Virus record (IMG/VR): IMGVR_UViG_3300006059_000003 | Location: 1 to 63,933 of that record | Origin: a virus | Taxonomy: Duplodnaviria > Caudoviricetes | DNA: 63,933 nt | Reading direction: 5' to 3' (one strand) | In this document: positions 48,984-58,699 of the stretch, one piece after another | Position numbering within the stretch: position 1 is the first letter of the stretch | Layout of the letters: each line of letters starts with the position of its first letter | Program-made: the position numbers and the translations under genes | Notes under the pieces: model-generated | What the model was told of the DNA's origin: nothing | Database searches by the model: none | The model's input: the letters and a program-made list of their open reading frames with translations, nothing else

Positions 48984-48998
48984 CTTGTACCAAAAATT

Positions 48999-49232
48999 AT
49001 GACACCTAAAATAAAAGCAAAAATTAAGGTAAAACCAAAACCAATCGTACTTTCTGGAAGAGAACCTTCTACTGCATATTGTTTAGAAACTAGAGATTTT
49101 AACTTACAAGGCAACGACACAAACATGATCTCTACTTTCTCAACTAAAGAAGAACTTCTAGGTAGGATTGAATCTGAAATTGACGCAGGAAACAAACGAA
49201 TGATAGTTTCTGTAGTTGAAAGGTTGATATGA
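48999..49232 (+). CDS. Hypothetical protein with KIKAKIKVK N-terminus
   Basis: 77-aa ORF coupled to the next gene. Confidence 0.6.
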   Translation: MTPKIKAKIKVKPKPIVLSGREPSTAYCLETRDFNLQGNDTNMISTFSTKEELLGRIESEIDAGNKRMIVSVVERLI

Positions 49233-49660
49233 AAATAAATGTACCTCTCTCACAATGTTCTATTATTGGAACTGTAACTCCTGCTATTGCCCCTTCTTTT
49301 GTAGTTTCTGGAAAACTATACGATAGTTTGTATATTGATGATACTAAACTAATTATTGAAACAGATGATGGTAGACATAATCATGCAGATTTAGATACTG
49401 TTTTTGTTTCAGTAGAAATTCCTGATGAAGAAATACAAAAAGCTAGTAATTTACAAATCACAACAGAAGAACAAGAACTAATACAACTTCTGCTTTCTCA
49501 GGCATTTCCTGTATGGACTAAACACAACGATGTTATAGAGTTCCTACAGTTTCAGTTAGGAGAAACTTCTACAGAAATTACAAAAACAAAAGAATTTATA
49601 GAGAAATTCATACCTTCTCTAAACTTCTTAGTACAGCAAGATTCCGACACTATCCCATAA
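49229..49660 (+). CDS. Hypothetical protein
   Basis: ATGA coupling; 143 aa. Confidence 0.65.
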   Translation: MKINVPLSQCSIIGTVTPAIAPSFVVSGKLYDSLYIDDTKLIIETDDGRHNHADLDTVFVSVEIPDEEIQKASNLQITTEEQELIQLLLSQAFPVWTKHNDVIEFLQFQLGETSTEITKTKEFIEKFIPSLNFLVQQDSDTIP

Positions 49661-49765
49661 GGAAACTACCCTGTTTTTGCCTGTTTCCTGCCCGTTCTAG
49701 CAGGGTATAGCGGAACAGGCGACAAGTATTCACCCAACCAAAAAACAAACAAGGAAAACAAACAA

Positions 49766-51154
49766 ATGAGTAACGTTCAAAATGAGTATATGAAGTATAA
49801 AGCTATTGCAGAAGCTACAGGAGAGAAGGTAATGACCTTCTCTCAATGGATAAACAAAGTAGAGTTAGAAGAGAAACTACTTACTAAGAAATCTACTACA
49901 GAAGAGGAAGAAGTAGAAGATGGTGGTTTAGATATAGATTCTGTAGATACTTCTGATTCTCAAATTGGAAATGAATTTGCATCTAAATCTTCACGAGCAT
50001 TATCTGCAATAACTGCGAATGCTAAAGGTACAAATTCTCTTCCAGAGAAACCTGCGGTTCGCATAATTCCTCATGTAAAAGAAACAGCAGTAGTACAAAA
50101 TTTCATTAAACCTGAAAAGCCTACTCAAATTGCTACACAAACTTCTCCTGCAATAAAAGTAGGAACTCCAGGCTACAAGGCTTATATTCAAGATGTTTCT
50201 GTAACTCTTTCAGACTTGGTTGCGCCACGGATTGCTAAATCTCTGGAAGAGAAACTACTGCAACTGATTGAAGAGAAGTCCCGCGATTGGACAGAGTATG
50301 GTAATTTCTATGACGCTATGCGAGAAGTTACTCCTGACTTTATGGTTATGTCCTGTAAGTTAGGGTATGTTGTACAGATTCTACACACTGATATGGGATT
50401 ATCTTTCTGGAAAGTAGTTTCTGCAATTAAGCCTACTCCACATGAAGCCTTACAATCTGCACTAGAATCTAAAGAATTATCATATCTTGTTGCAGAAAAA
50501 TTTCCTCTTCCTGCTATGCCTTATGACAATCAGTTTGAAGAAGAAAATGCAGTTAAAGCAAAGTATCAAAGTCAGAAGGAAGATCATATTAAGGAATTAG
50601 AGAGGACACTTCGTAACTGTCAGATACGACTTGATGAAGCGGCACAGTCTAAGAATTACAAGAAAGCCGCTGAAATAGAAACTCAGATGGAACAATTAGA
50701 GGAGTCTATTAAGTTAGCTTATCAGACAGCAGGGATTGATAGAGAGAAACGAAACATTCTACAAGAATACGTAGAATCTACTCCAACTCCGTTTATTGAT
50801 AATACTCCACAAGATACTCTAATAACTAGAAGTATTCCTGAATCAATGCAAGTACCAGAAGAGATTCTGTCTGACATTGATACAGTAATTACTAAAGGTA
50901 CAGAAGATGCTGACTTTCTTATTGAAATGGCAATAGGTAAAGAAGTTATTGGTAATCGAATGTATCATTCAAAAGGAAATGGAACAACAGTTAAAGGAGT
51001 ATTTGCTGGTAGGGTGATGCCTATTAATGATGGTAAAGCATTGGTATATGGTGTAAAATACCGAACACCTGATGGTAAGTTAAGGATGATAGCAATTAAA
51101 GAAGATACTATCATTGTAATGAAGGACACACAAGAAGAAACTATAGAAAAGTGA
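49766..51154 (+). CDS. Hypothetical protein with UVR-like coiled coil
   Basis: AAGGA RBS; LDEAAQSKNYKKAAEI resembles the UVR motif. Confidence 0.75.
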   Translation: MSNVQNEYMKYKAIAEATGEKVMTFSQWINKVELEEKLLTKKSTTEEEEVEDGGLDIDSVDTSDSQIGNEFASKSSRALSAITANAKGTNSLPEKPAVRIIPHVKETAVVQNFIKPEKPTQIATQTSPAIKVGTPGYKAYIQDVSVTLSDLVAPRIAKSLEEKLLQLIEEKSRDWTEYGNFYDAMREVTPDFMVMSCKLGYVVQILHTDMGLSFWKVVSAIKPTPHEALQSALESKELSYLVAEKFPLPAMPYDNQFEEENAVKAKYQSQKEDHIKELERTLRNCQIRLDEAAQSKNYKKAAEIETQMEQLEESIKLAYQTAGIDREKRNILQEYVESTPTPFIDNTPQDTLITRSIPESMQVPEEILSDIDTVITKGTEDADFLIEMAIGKEVIGNRMYHSKGNGTTVKGVFAGRVMPINDGKALVYGVKYRTPDGKLRMIAIKEDTIIVMKDTQEETIEK

Positions 51155-51217
51155 ATAAGCAACTAAGCCTGACAGTCATTCGATTGTTGGGCCTTAGTCA
51201 TTGGTATAATTACTAAT

Positions 51218-53623
51218 ATGCCTACAATAATACAATCAAATAAAGAGTTTAGACCTAAAAAGAATACAATAATTGCACTTGACACTGAAACAACAGGTGT
51301 AGATTCTTGGGGAAAGCGAGTACTATACTCTTCTGGAAAGAGACTCTATACTGCCGATTCTGTATTCATGGTTTCAATGTCTGATAGTGAAGGGAATACG
51401 TGGTGTTGTAATTGGCCCGTTGACCCATTCACCCGACAACCTGAGATTAATCAGAAAGATGTAGTATTTATACTTGATACTTTATCTAAGAAAGGAGTAC
51501 AATTAACTTGCCATAATACGAAGTTTGATACTCGTATGATGAAAAATGTAGATACTAGATTCAATCAAATATTCAAGCATTTACATTCTTTGGAGAAATT
51601 ACACGATACGTTATTTATGGCGCGTATCTGTTTTACTCTTGAATTAGCATATGGTCTAAAGTATCTATCTAAGAAAACTCTAGGTATAAGCGATGAAGAC
51701 GAAAAGGAATTGCAGAAAGCAGTAGCAACTGCACGTCGTAAAGCAACAATGTACAATAGACGTGTAGAGAAAGCTGGTGGAGAAAACCCTAAAGGTTTAG
51801 GTAATTTCTACCGTATGATGTTAATAGACAGTGAGGAGTTAAAAACTGACTATTGGCTTCCTTATTACTTCGACGAAAATCAAACAGGTGACGCTTTCCT
51901 TTGTGAGAAATACTGTAGATTTGATACATATAGAACTGTTGGACTGTATCAATTCTACAATGAGATAATGCAGAATGATAAACACCTGAGAGACACTTAC
52001 TATCTCGAAATGCAGAAAGTATGGCCTATTGTCGATTTCATGGAAACAAGAGGTATTACTGTATTTCCTGACAGAGCAAAAGAAGAATCAAAACGGTGTG
52101 AAGAAGAAGTTACTCTAAGATATAGTAACTTACAAAAGATAATTCGGGAACAGAATCTTAAACCTTTTCCAATAAAAGAAGTCCCTAATATAGATGCAGA
52201 TTCTCTTTCCAGAAAAAGACGGAATGCAAAACCAAAACCAGAACCTGAATTTAATCCAGGTTCTCCACAACAACTTCTTAGAGTACTCTATCTTCCAGAG
52301 AGTGAAGGAGGATTAGGATTAGAAACTGATAGACGAAACAGAAAGACAGGTAAATTAACTACAGATAAAGACACATTACGAGAGTTGATGTATTCTCCAT
52401 TTGTTAGAGAATTAACTGCATTTCGTGATGCCTCTCACACTAAGTCTCTATTCTTTGATAAGATAGAAGATATGGTAAAACCTTATGGATATAGTAACAG
52501 TAATAATGACGGTAGTAGGAGTAGTATTAATAGTACTGACAATACTATATGTATTATACGTCCTTCATTTAATCAATGCGGTACAAAATCAGGTAGACTA
52601 TCAGCAGGAGGAGAAGGGGGATTAAATGTACAGCAATTATCGGCAGGAGGAAAGAAATCATTAGGAGGAAGTACATATAGTTCACAGAAAGTATTCGGTT
52701 GTAGAAAAGATCATGTATGGTTAGGATTAGATTATTCACAACAAGAAGCGAGACTATTTGCAGGATTTGCACAAGTACCAGTAATGTTAGAAGCTATACG
52801 TAATAAAACAGATTTGTTTAAGGCTATGGCTAATAAAGCATGGGGAGGTGTAAATAATCCACAAAGTATTAAAGCAGTAATTCAGGCTCTTGATCTATTC
52901 CGTGAACCTGCTAATGGCGAAGTTTCTACGGCATGGCAACATCTAGGATGGTCAAAATCTAAAGCTAAGAAATGTAATCCTACTGATAAGTATGTACAGG
53001 AAGTATGTGAACAGTTTCTTTCTGAATTTGAGTATGACATTGTTAAAGCAGAATCTGCATTAGGTAAAGAAGCTAGTCGTCAGCGGTGTAAGCACATAAC
53101 TTATGCCAAAATCTTCGGCGGTGGTCCTGGTAGTTACACTCACTTGTTATACTGTACACTTGATGAAGCAAAGTTATTTGACTCTGAATACAATAACTCT
53201 ATGCCAGAGTTAAAGAGATACATCAAACAAGTAGAGAGAGAAGCTAGAGAAAATGGATTCATCATAAATGCTTATGGTAGAAAATTACGTGTAGACCCTA
53301 ACTTTGCTTACCGTGGAGTATCTTATATGATTCAAGGTACTGCCGCTGATATGATGAAAGCATCATTAGTTAAAGTGCATGAATTTAACCAATCTATCAA
53401 AGCAAGAGCATATCTAATTCTTACAATCCATGATGAATTGAAAGTAGAGATTCACAAAAGTGATCTTAACAGAGGATATGTGAAATCTGTAATTGCTAGA
53501 ATGGAGAATACAGAAGGAAGCACTGTCAATGTACCAATGACTGTAGAGTGTACAGTATCTCCACAATTCTGGAGCGTTGATGAATACAAATTACACGTAT
53601 GGGGTAAAGAAACAAACCTATGA
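51218..53623 (+). CDS. polA: DNA polymerase family A
   Basis: Exo I DTETTG, HNTKFD, HDT; motif A DYSQQEAR; motif B R..K...Y; IQGTAAD; motif C IHDEL. Confidence 0.95.
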   Translation: MPTIIQSNKEFRPKKNTIIALDTETTGVDSWGKRVLYSSGKRLYTADSVFMVSMSDSEGNTWCCNWPVDPFTRQPEINQKDVVFILDTLSKKGVQLTCHNTKFDTRMMKNVDTRFNQIFKHLHSLEKLHDTLFMARICFTLELAYGLKYLSKKTLGISDEDEKELQKAVATARRKATMYNRRVEKAGGENPKGLGNFYRMMLIDSEELKTDYWLPYYFDENQTGDAFLCEKYCRFDTYRTVGLYQFYNEIMQNDKHLRDTYYLEMQKVWPIVDFMETRGITVFPDRAKEESKRCEEEVTLRYSNLQKIIREQNLKPFPIKEVPNIDADSLSRKRRNAKPKPEPEFNPGSPQQLLRVLYLPESEGGLGLETDRRNRKTGKLTTDKDTLRELMYSPFVRELTAFRDASHTKSLFFDKIEDMVKPYGYSNSNNDGSRSSINSTDNTICIIRPSFNQCGTKSGRLSAGGEGGLNVQQLSAGGKKSLGGSTYSSQKVFGCRKDHVWLGLDYSQQEARLFAGFAQVPVMLEAIRNKTDLFKAMANKAWGGVNNPQSIKAVIQALDLFREPANGEVSTAWQHLGWSKSKAKKCNPTDKYVQEVCEQFLSEFEYDIVKAESALGKEASRQRCKHITYAKIFGGGPGSYTHLLYCTLDEAKLFDSEYNNSMPELKRYIKQVEREARENGFIINAYGRKLRVDPNFAYRGVSYMIQGTAADMMKASLVKVHEFNQSIKARAYLILTIHDELKVEIHKSDLNRGYVKSVIARMENTEGSTVNVPMTVECTVSPQFWSVDEYKLHVWGKETNL

Positions 53624-53880
53624 CAAACAGACAGTTTAATCGTTACAAGAGATTTAAGACGAAAAAGAATAAGTCTGAATTTACTAGACTAAACACAACA
53701 AGACCTATCTGTGATGTACTATTTACTTGTAGTATTTCTTTAACTAACTGCGAAGAAAGAACTCAAACACATGCAGAGTATATGAGATACCATAGAATAC
53801 AGAGACTTAAACGAGAACAGTTCTGGTATACTGCAACTACTAATAGAGGACAGAGATTATACCCTTATACTTCTGCATAA
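53620..53880 (+). CDS. Hypothetical basic protein
   Basis: ATGA coupling. Confidence 0.55.
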   Translation: MTNRQFNRYKRFKTKKNKSEFTRLNTTRPICDVLFTCSISLTNCEERTQTHAEYMRYHRIQRLKREQFWYTATTNRGQRLYPYTSA

Positions 53881-53954
53881 AATACAAAATACAAATAAAG
53901 TGAGGATAGGTAAAATTTCTACCTAACTATGTATGTTAGGAACTAAAGAATACC

Positions 53955-54560
53955 ATGGAAACAAAAATAAAAGTAGTTAATACTGCACAAAGAATACAAC
54001 AACAAATATGTGATGGTAAATGTAGAAAACCACGTATACTTAAACGTGTAATTTCTGGAGGTCAAAGAGGAGTAGATATTGCAGGAGTTAGAGCCGCTAA
54101 ACTTCTAGGTATAAAAACTGGTGGACATATGCCAGAAGGATTTATTACACAAGATGGTCCTAAGATAGGTTACAAGTGGCAGTACGGAATGGTTGATGAT
54201 ACTCCTCCTCTGGAAAAGAATGGAGAATTTAAACCTGACTATAAGACTAGAACCTGGAAGAATGTACAAGAAGCTGATGCAACTATTAGAATTGCAACTG
54301 ACTTTGACAGTTATGGTGAAGTTTGTACACTTAATGCAATACAACACTACCAGAAACTACATCTTGATATATACCTAATACCCTTATGGACTATTGACGG
54401 AGAAACACAGTACCGAATCCCACAAAGAGAACTTGCATACTGGATTGTCTCTCACGGGATTGAGACTCTAAATATTGCAGGTAATAGCTACAACAGTATA
54501 TACGATAAAGCCTATGCGTATATACTAAATACACTTTCTATTGTAGCGTGGGAGTTATGA
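53955..54560 (+). CDS. SLOG-superfamily 'putative molybdenum carrier' protein
   Basis: VISGGQRGVD.AG...GG..P.GF...RT..NV..ADAT...TLNIAGN. Confidence 0.8.
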   Translation: METKIKVVNTAQRIQQQICDGKCRKPRILKRVISGGQRGVDIAGVRAAKLLGIKTGGHMPEGFITQDGPKIGYKWQYGMVDDTPPLEKNGEFKPDYKTRTWKNVQEADATIRIATDFDSYGEVCTLNAIQHYQKLHLDIYLIPLWTIDGETQYRIPQRELAYWIVSHGIETLNIAGNSYNSIYDKAYAYILNTLSIVAWEL

Positions 54561-54561
54561 T

Positions 54562-57500
54562 ATGGTTTATATAAAGAAAGACAATATGAAAGTTCCTGCT
54601 GTACTTCGTCCGTTTATAAGGTTAGGTTTTGTGTATGATGAAGAGAAAGTATCAGGTGTAAATGTAAGAGGAGATTGTATCTTCTGTGGTAAAGTAGATA
54701 AATTTTACATACGTATAGAAGACGGTATAGGAAGTGATGGTAAGGAAAAGAAAGCGGGAATGTGGGATTGTAAATCCTGTCAGAAACTAGGGAATGTATA
54801 TTCCTTTATGAAGTTCTGGTATGATTTTTGGTTAGAAGAAAGGAAAAATTACAGTAAACAGTTTATAGAATTATCCTTAGATAGAGGAGTACCTGCAAAA
54901 ACTCTAAAAGATGCAGGAATTGTATATGACAATGACCAATTTGCTATTCCTGTAAGAAATGCAACAGGAACTATAAACAACTTCCGTTTCTACAATTTCT
55001 TTGGTAAAATTCCTAGAGGCAAAAAGAAACATCAACTCTATGGAATGCCGGAATTAGACAGTCAACTGTATGGTATGGATTCTCTTTTCCAGGGAGTAGC
55101 ACGCGGAATTCAGAAAGTGTATATCTGCTATAGTGCTGATACTGAAATTCTTACAGAAGAAGGTTGGATAAAATTTCCTACCCTTAAAAATCAAAAAGTA
55201 GCGCAATATGCAGAGAACACTCAGAATATAACTTTTGTAAAACCTCTAGCAAAACAGATTTTACCATATAGTAAGAAGATGGTAAATATAAAGGGTAATT
55301 CTTGTGACTTACTTGTAACTCCTGAACATAGAGTTCTTATAAAAGAAACAGATGGTATAAGAACTATACGTGCAGATCAAGTAAAGTCAGGAATGGTACT
55401 TCCTGTTTCTGGAGAATATAGAGGTAAAGGTTATTCTCCTAGTAATAACGAAGTAAAGCTACTTGTAGCTTATGCAGCTGATGGTCATAAAGAAAGAGGT
55501 AATAGACGTGCCTGGGCTTTTAAGAAAGAACGTAAAGTAAGTAGATTAATTGAGATACTAGAGTCATTAGAAATTCCGTACAAATTTGGTGGACTTTCTG
55601 CTAAAGGGTATACTCAAATAGTTGTTATGGCTTACGATGCTCCTATTCTTGACAGGATTATGCCTACTAAGCAGATAACTTCTGACTTTATTCACTGGTC
55701 TGTAGAAGCTAGAGAAACTCTAATTAATGAGTTAAGATTTTGGGACGGTGATACTGTCAGTAAGTACACACATAGAGTGTTTAGTGCAGATAAAGTACAA
55801 GTAGATGCTATCTCTTCCATATGCGTAACTACTGGATATAGTTGTAATATAAGAGAGGATACTAGAAAAAGCAGTATAAACTATATACTAAACATATCAC
55901 CTAGGAAGTATAGAAATGTAACTTCAGTTACTACACAAAGAAATATAACTAATAAAGTTTACTGTGTTACTGTACCTACAGGTACGGTAGTAGTAAGACG
56001 TAATGGGAAAATAGTTATCTGTAGAAACTGCGAGGGCGAATGGGATACTATAGCCTTAGAGTATCTATTAAGTAAAGAAAGTGTAGAAGCTATAGTTGTA
56101 GGAACTCCAGGTGCTAATACATGGAAAGCGTCTTGGAACAAATGTTTCTCTGGAAAGGAAGTTACTATATGTTATGATGTAGGAAGTGAAGGTGAGAAAG
56201 GTACAGAGAAAGTTTATCATAACCTAAAAGATATAGTAAGTAAGAGTAGTCCAATTAAGTATATTAATTGGAGTAAGAAAGGTGACTTACCTGATGGTTA
56301 CGATGTAAGAGACCATATAAAGCAAGGAGGAACTTATGAACAGTTTATACAGCTTGAAGAGAAATATACGTCTATCCCTGTAAAGGAAGAACAGAAACAA
56401 ACTGAGATAGAAAATACTCCTACTCTTCAAGAAGTCCAACAATCTAAATCACTATCTGCTAAACGCCCTACTTTTGAGAAGGTCTTAAAAGCCTATAGAA
56501 AGTATTTGTTTATGGATAAGGATATGGAGAATGGACTCAGGATAATGTTTGCTACTTGTCTTACTGTAGGAATAAAAGGTGACCCTCTATGGGTACATAC
56601 TATTGGCCCTCCTGGTAGTGGAAAAACTGCATTACTTATGTCTCTATCTAAGGTGAAGATAGTAGTATCTAAATCTTCTATTACAAGAAATGTACTTGTA
56701 TCTGGTATGAATGTCCATCCAGACCCTTCGTTAATTCCTAGACTTAATGGTAAACTATTTGTCTTTAAAGATTTTACAGAGTTGTTAGGTATGAGAAGTG
56801 ATGACAAGGAGTTTATATTTTCTACACTTAGAGGAGTGTATGATGGTACACTTGAAAAAGATCACGGCAACGGAACACAAAGAGATTTCAAATCTCACTT
56901 CAATATGCTTACAGGAGTAACTCAAAAGATATTCACAGAAAATAGATCAATCATGGGTGAAAGATTTCTTCTGTACCATATGGTAAAAGGTACAGATTAT
57001 GACAGTCGTAATCCTGTAATGGCGGCAATAGATTCTGTGGGTAGTGAAGTACCAATACATGAAGAACTTGTAGGAATTGCGGCAGAGTATCTTGATGTTA
57101 GAGTAAGTAAGGAAGATATACCAGTAATTCCTCAACATTATAAAGAGAAGATATACTCTCTAGCATGTCTTACTTCGTTATTACGTGCTACTGTGGAAAG
57201 ACTGTCAAAGGTAGATAGGAAGTTAATGCTACGTCCACAACAAGAAATGCCTACACGAATTGCTAAACAGCTAACTAAACTCCTTATGGGATTATCTCTA
57301 CTAAATACTCCAATACAGTATACTCAGGAAGACATAGCATTAGTTACTAGAGTAGCATTAGATTCATGCGTAGCATTTAACCTTGAAACAGTATCTTCGT
57401 TAATACAGAAACCAGGACAAACATTAGTCGATCTAGCAATAGATTCTAATATTCCACACTCTACATTAAGAGATCACATTGAAGATTTAGTAGAGTTAGG

Positions 57501-57717
57501 AGTTATCCGTTATGTAGCTGGAGAAACTACAAGTGACTTTCAAGGAAGAGGTAGAAAACCACACACTTACTATGTAACACCTAAGATGGAGAAAATATGG
57601 AAAGACGCTTCTCTGGAAAGAAAAGACGGTGAAGTATATATGAAGTTAAAATCTCTTTTCCAGAGAAATGTAACGCAATCGACGCAATCGCAGAAAGTAA
57701 AGGTAAAGCGAAAATGA
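54562..57717 (+). CDS. Primase-helicase (Zn finger, TOPRIM, AAA+, C-terminal wHTH) containing an intein
   Basis: CIFC..CKSC; CEGEWD and CYD TOPRIM; DVRD; GPPGSGKT; C-terminal HTH. Confidence 0.85.
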   Translation: MVYIKKDNMKVPAVLRPFIRLGFVYDEEKVSGVNVRGDCIFCGKVDKFYIRIEDGIGSDGKEKKAGMWDCKSCQKLGNVYSFMKFWYDFWLEERKNYSKQFIELSLDRGVPAKTLKDAGIVYDNDQFAIPVRNATGTINNFRFYNFFGKIPRGKKKHQLYGMPELDSQLYGMDSLFQGVARGIQKVYICYSADTEILTEEGWIKFPTLKNQKVAQYAENTQNITFVKPLAKQILPYSKKMVNIKGNSCDLLVTPEHRVLIKETDGIRTIRADQVKSGMVLPVSGEYRGKGYSPSNNEVKLLVAYAADGHKERGNRRAWAFKKERKVSRLIEILESLEIPYKFGGLSAKGYTQIVVMAYDAPILDRIMPTKQITSDFIHWSVEARETLINELRFWDGDTVSKYTHRVFSADKVQVDAISSICVTTGYSCNIREDTRKSSINYILNISPRKYRNVTSVTTQRNITNKVYCVTVPTGTVVVRRNGKIVICRNCEGEWDTIALEYLLSKESVEAIVVGTPGANTWKASWNKCFSGKEVTICYDVGSEGEKGTEKVYHNLKDIVSKSSPIKYINWSKKGDLPDGYDVRDHIKQGGTYEQFIQLEEKYTSIPVKEEQKQTEIENTPTLQEVQQSKSLSAKRPTFEKVLKAYRKYLFMDKDMENGLRIMFATCLTVGIKGDPLWVHTIGPPGSGKTALLMSLSKVKIVVSKSSITRNVLVSGMNVHPDPSLIPRLNGKLFVFKDFTELLGMRSDDKEFIFSTLRGVYDGTLEKDHGNGTQRDFKSHFNMLTGVTQKIFTENRSIMGERFLLYHMVKGTDYDSRNPVMAAIDSVGSEVPIHEELVGIAAEYLDVRVSKEDIPVIPQHYKEKIYSLACLTSLLRATVERLSKVDRKLMLRPQQEMPTRIAKQLTKLLMGLSLLNTPIQYTQEDIALVTRVALDSCVAFNLETVSSLIQKPGQTLVDLAIDSNIPHSTLRDHIEDLVELGVIRYVAGETTSDFQGRGRKPHTYYVTPKMEKIWKDASLERKDGEVYMKLKSLFQRNVTQSTQSQKVKVKRK
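55126..56028 (+). mobile_element. Intein with LAGLIDADG homing endonuclease (301 aa)
   Basis: Starts CYSADTEILT; VTPEHR block B; VAYAADG and LRFWDG; ends VYCVTV...ICRN, +1 Cys of CEGEWD. Confidence 0.9.
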
Positions 57718-58019
57718 AACTTAAAGCAACAAAAACTATTAAACTGACAGAATCAGGACAACAAGAATTTTATCGTCCTAATTACTACGGTGCTTTTGGT
57801 GCAAATGTTACAGAAGTATGGACTTTTGTAAGACAACATGGCCTTTCTTTTCAAATAGGAAATATAATTAAGTATCTTGTAAGGGCAGGAAAGAAAGAAA
57901 ATACAACAAGACTTGTCGATCTAAAGAAAGCTATGACTTATCTACAGCAGGAGATAAAGTGGGAAGAAGAGGAGCAAAGAGTACATAACGATATAGTAAG
58001 AGAGGAGACACAATCTTGA
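57714..58019 (+). CDS. DUF3310 family protein
   Basis: P.YY...F.IGNIIKYLVRAGKK....DLKKA..YL..EI. Confidence 0.85.
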   Translation: MKLKATKTIKLTESGQQEFYRPNYYGAFGANVTEVWTFVRQHGLSFQIGNIIKYLVRAGKKENTTRLVDLKKAMTYLQQEIKWEEEEQRVHNDIVREETQS

Positions 58020-58324
58020 AAGCAGGAGATATAGTAAATATCTTTAACAAGGACAGCACTTTATACAAAAAAGGAACTATTGAATCTATATCCAAAATAG
58101 GTATAGTAGTTAGACCTTTAGAATCAAGAAGTGTTATTACTTTTACATTGAGTAATAGAGAACTATCTACGGGTAGATTCTTTACTCTTTATGAGAGAGT
58201 AGGTAAAGAAGAAGCTAAACCTACTTACTATAAATCAACACAAGATGGTAAACCTTTTGGTGCAGAAGCTAAAGACTATAAGACTCCACTTAGTAGAACA
58301 AGAAGGATAAGAAGTTATTTCTAA
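58016..58324 (+). CDS. Hypothetical protein
   Basis: TTG start with GAGGAG RBS, coupled. Confidence 0.6.
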   Translation: MKAGDIVNIFNKDSTLYKKGTIESISKIGIVVRPLESRSVITFTLSNRELSTGRFFTLYERVGKEEAKPTYYKSTQDGKPFGAEAKDYKTPLSRTRRIRSYF

Positions 58325-58680
58325 TGGAAATAGAAGAAGTAAAAAGAGAAGAAACCTTTAGTACTGTAAAGAATCATATAGATGATTTCTTAGATAACAT
58401 GCGTTTTGGTAGTTCACAAGCAGAACGATATGCTTATCTATTTCTTACTATAGCTAGATTTCCTGCATGGAAAAAGAATCTATGTGAGGATTTTGTAAGT
58501 CTACCTATACTATGTCATTATAGAAAGAAACAGTATAGACTTACTGGAGCTTCTAGATTAGGTGATGTATGGCTTAGAGAAGATATAACTAGAACTAATG
58601 GTTATGATCTTAGGGTAGATGTTACAGAACTATCTAACTTTACAGTAATGGGTATGCCCTCATGGGGGAACAAAGGATAA
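58324..58680 (+). CDS. Conserved phage hypothetical protein
   Basis: YRLTGASRLGDVWL...GYDLRV motif. Confidence 0.7.
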   Translation: MEIEEVKREETFSTVKNHIDDFLDNMRFGSSQAERYAYLFLTIARFPAWKKNLCEDFVSLPILCHYRKKQYRLTGASRLGDVWLREDITRTNGYDLRVDVTELSNFTVMGMPSWGNKG

Positions 58681-58699
58681 GGATTGAAGAAGTAATAAA

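Noticed and set aside
45780-48990. tRNA, tmRNA or hammerhead ribozyme in intergenic gaps
   Set aside because: I found no cloverleaf with a T-loop GTTCRA; CTGATG at ~48917 lacks the full CUGAUGA...GAAA core with flanking stems.
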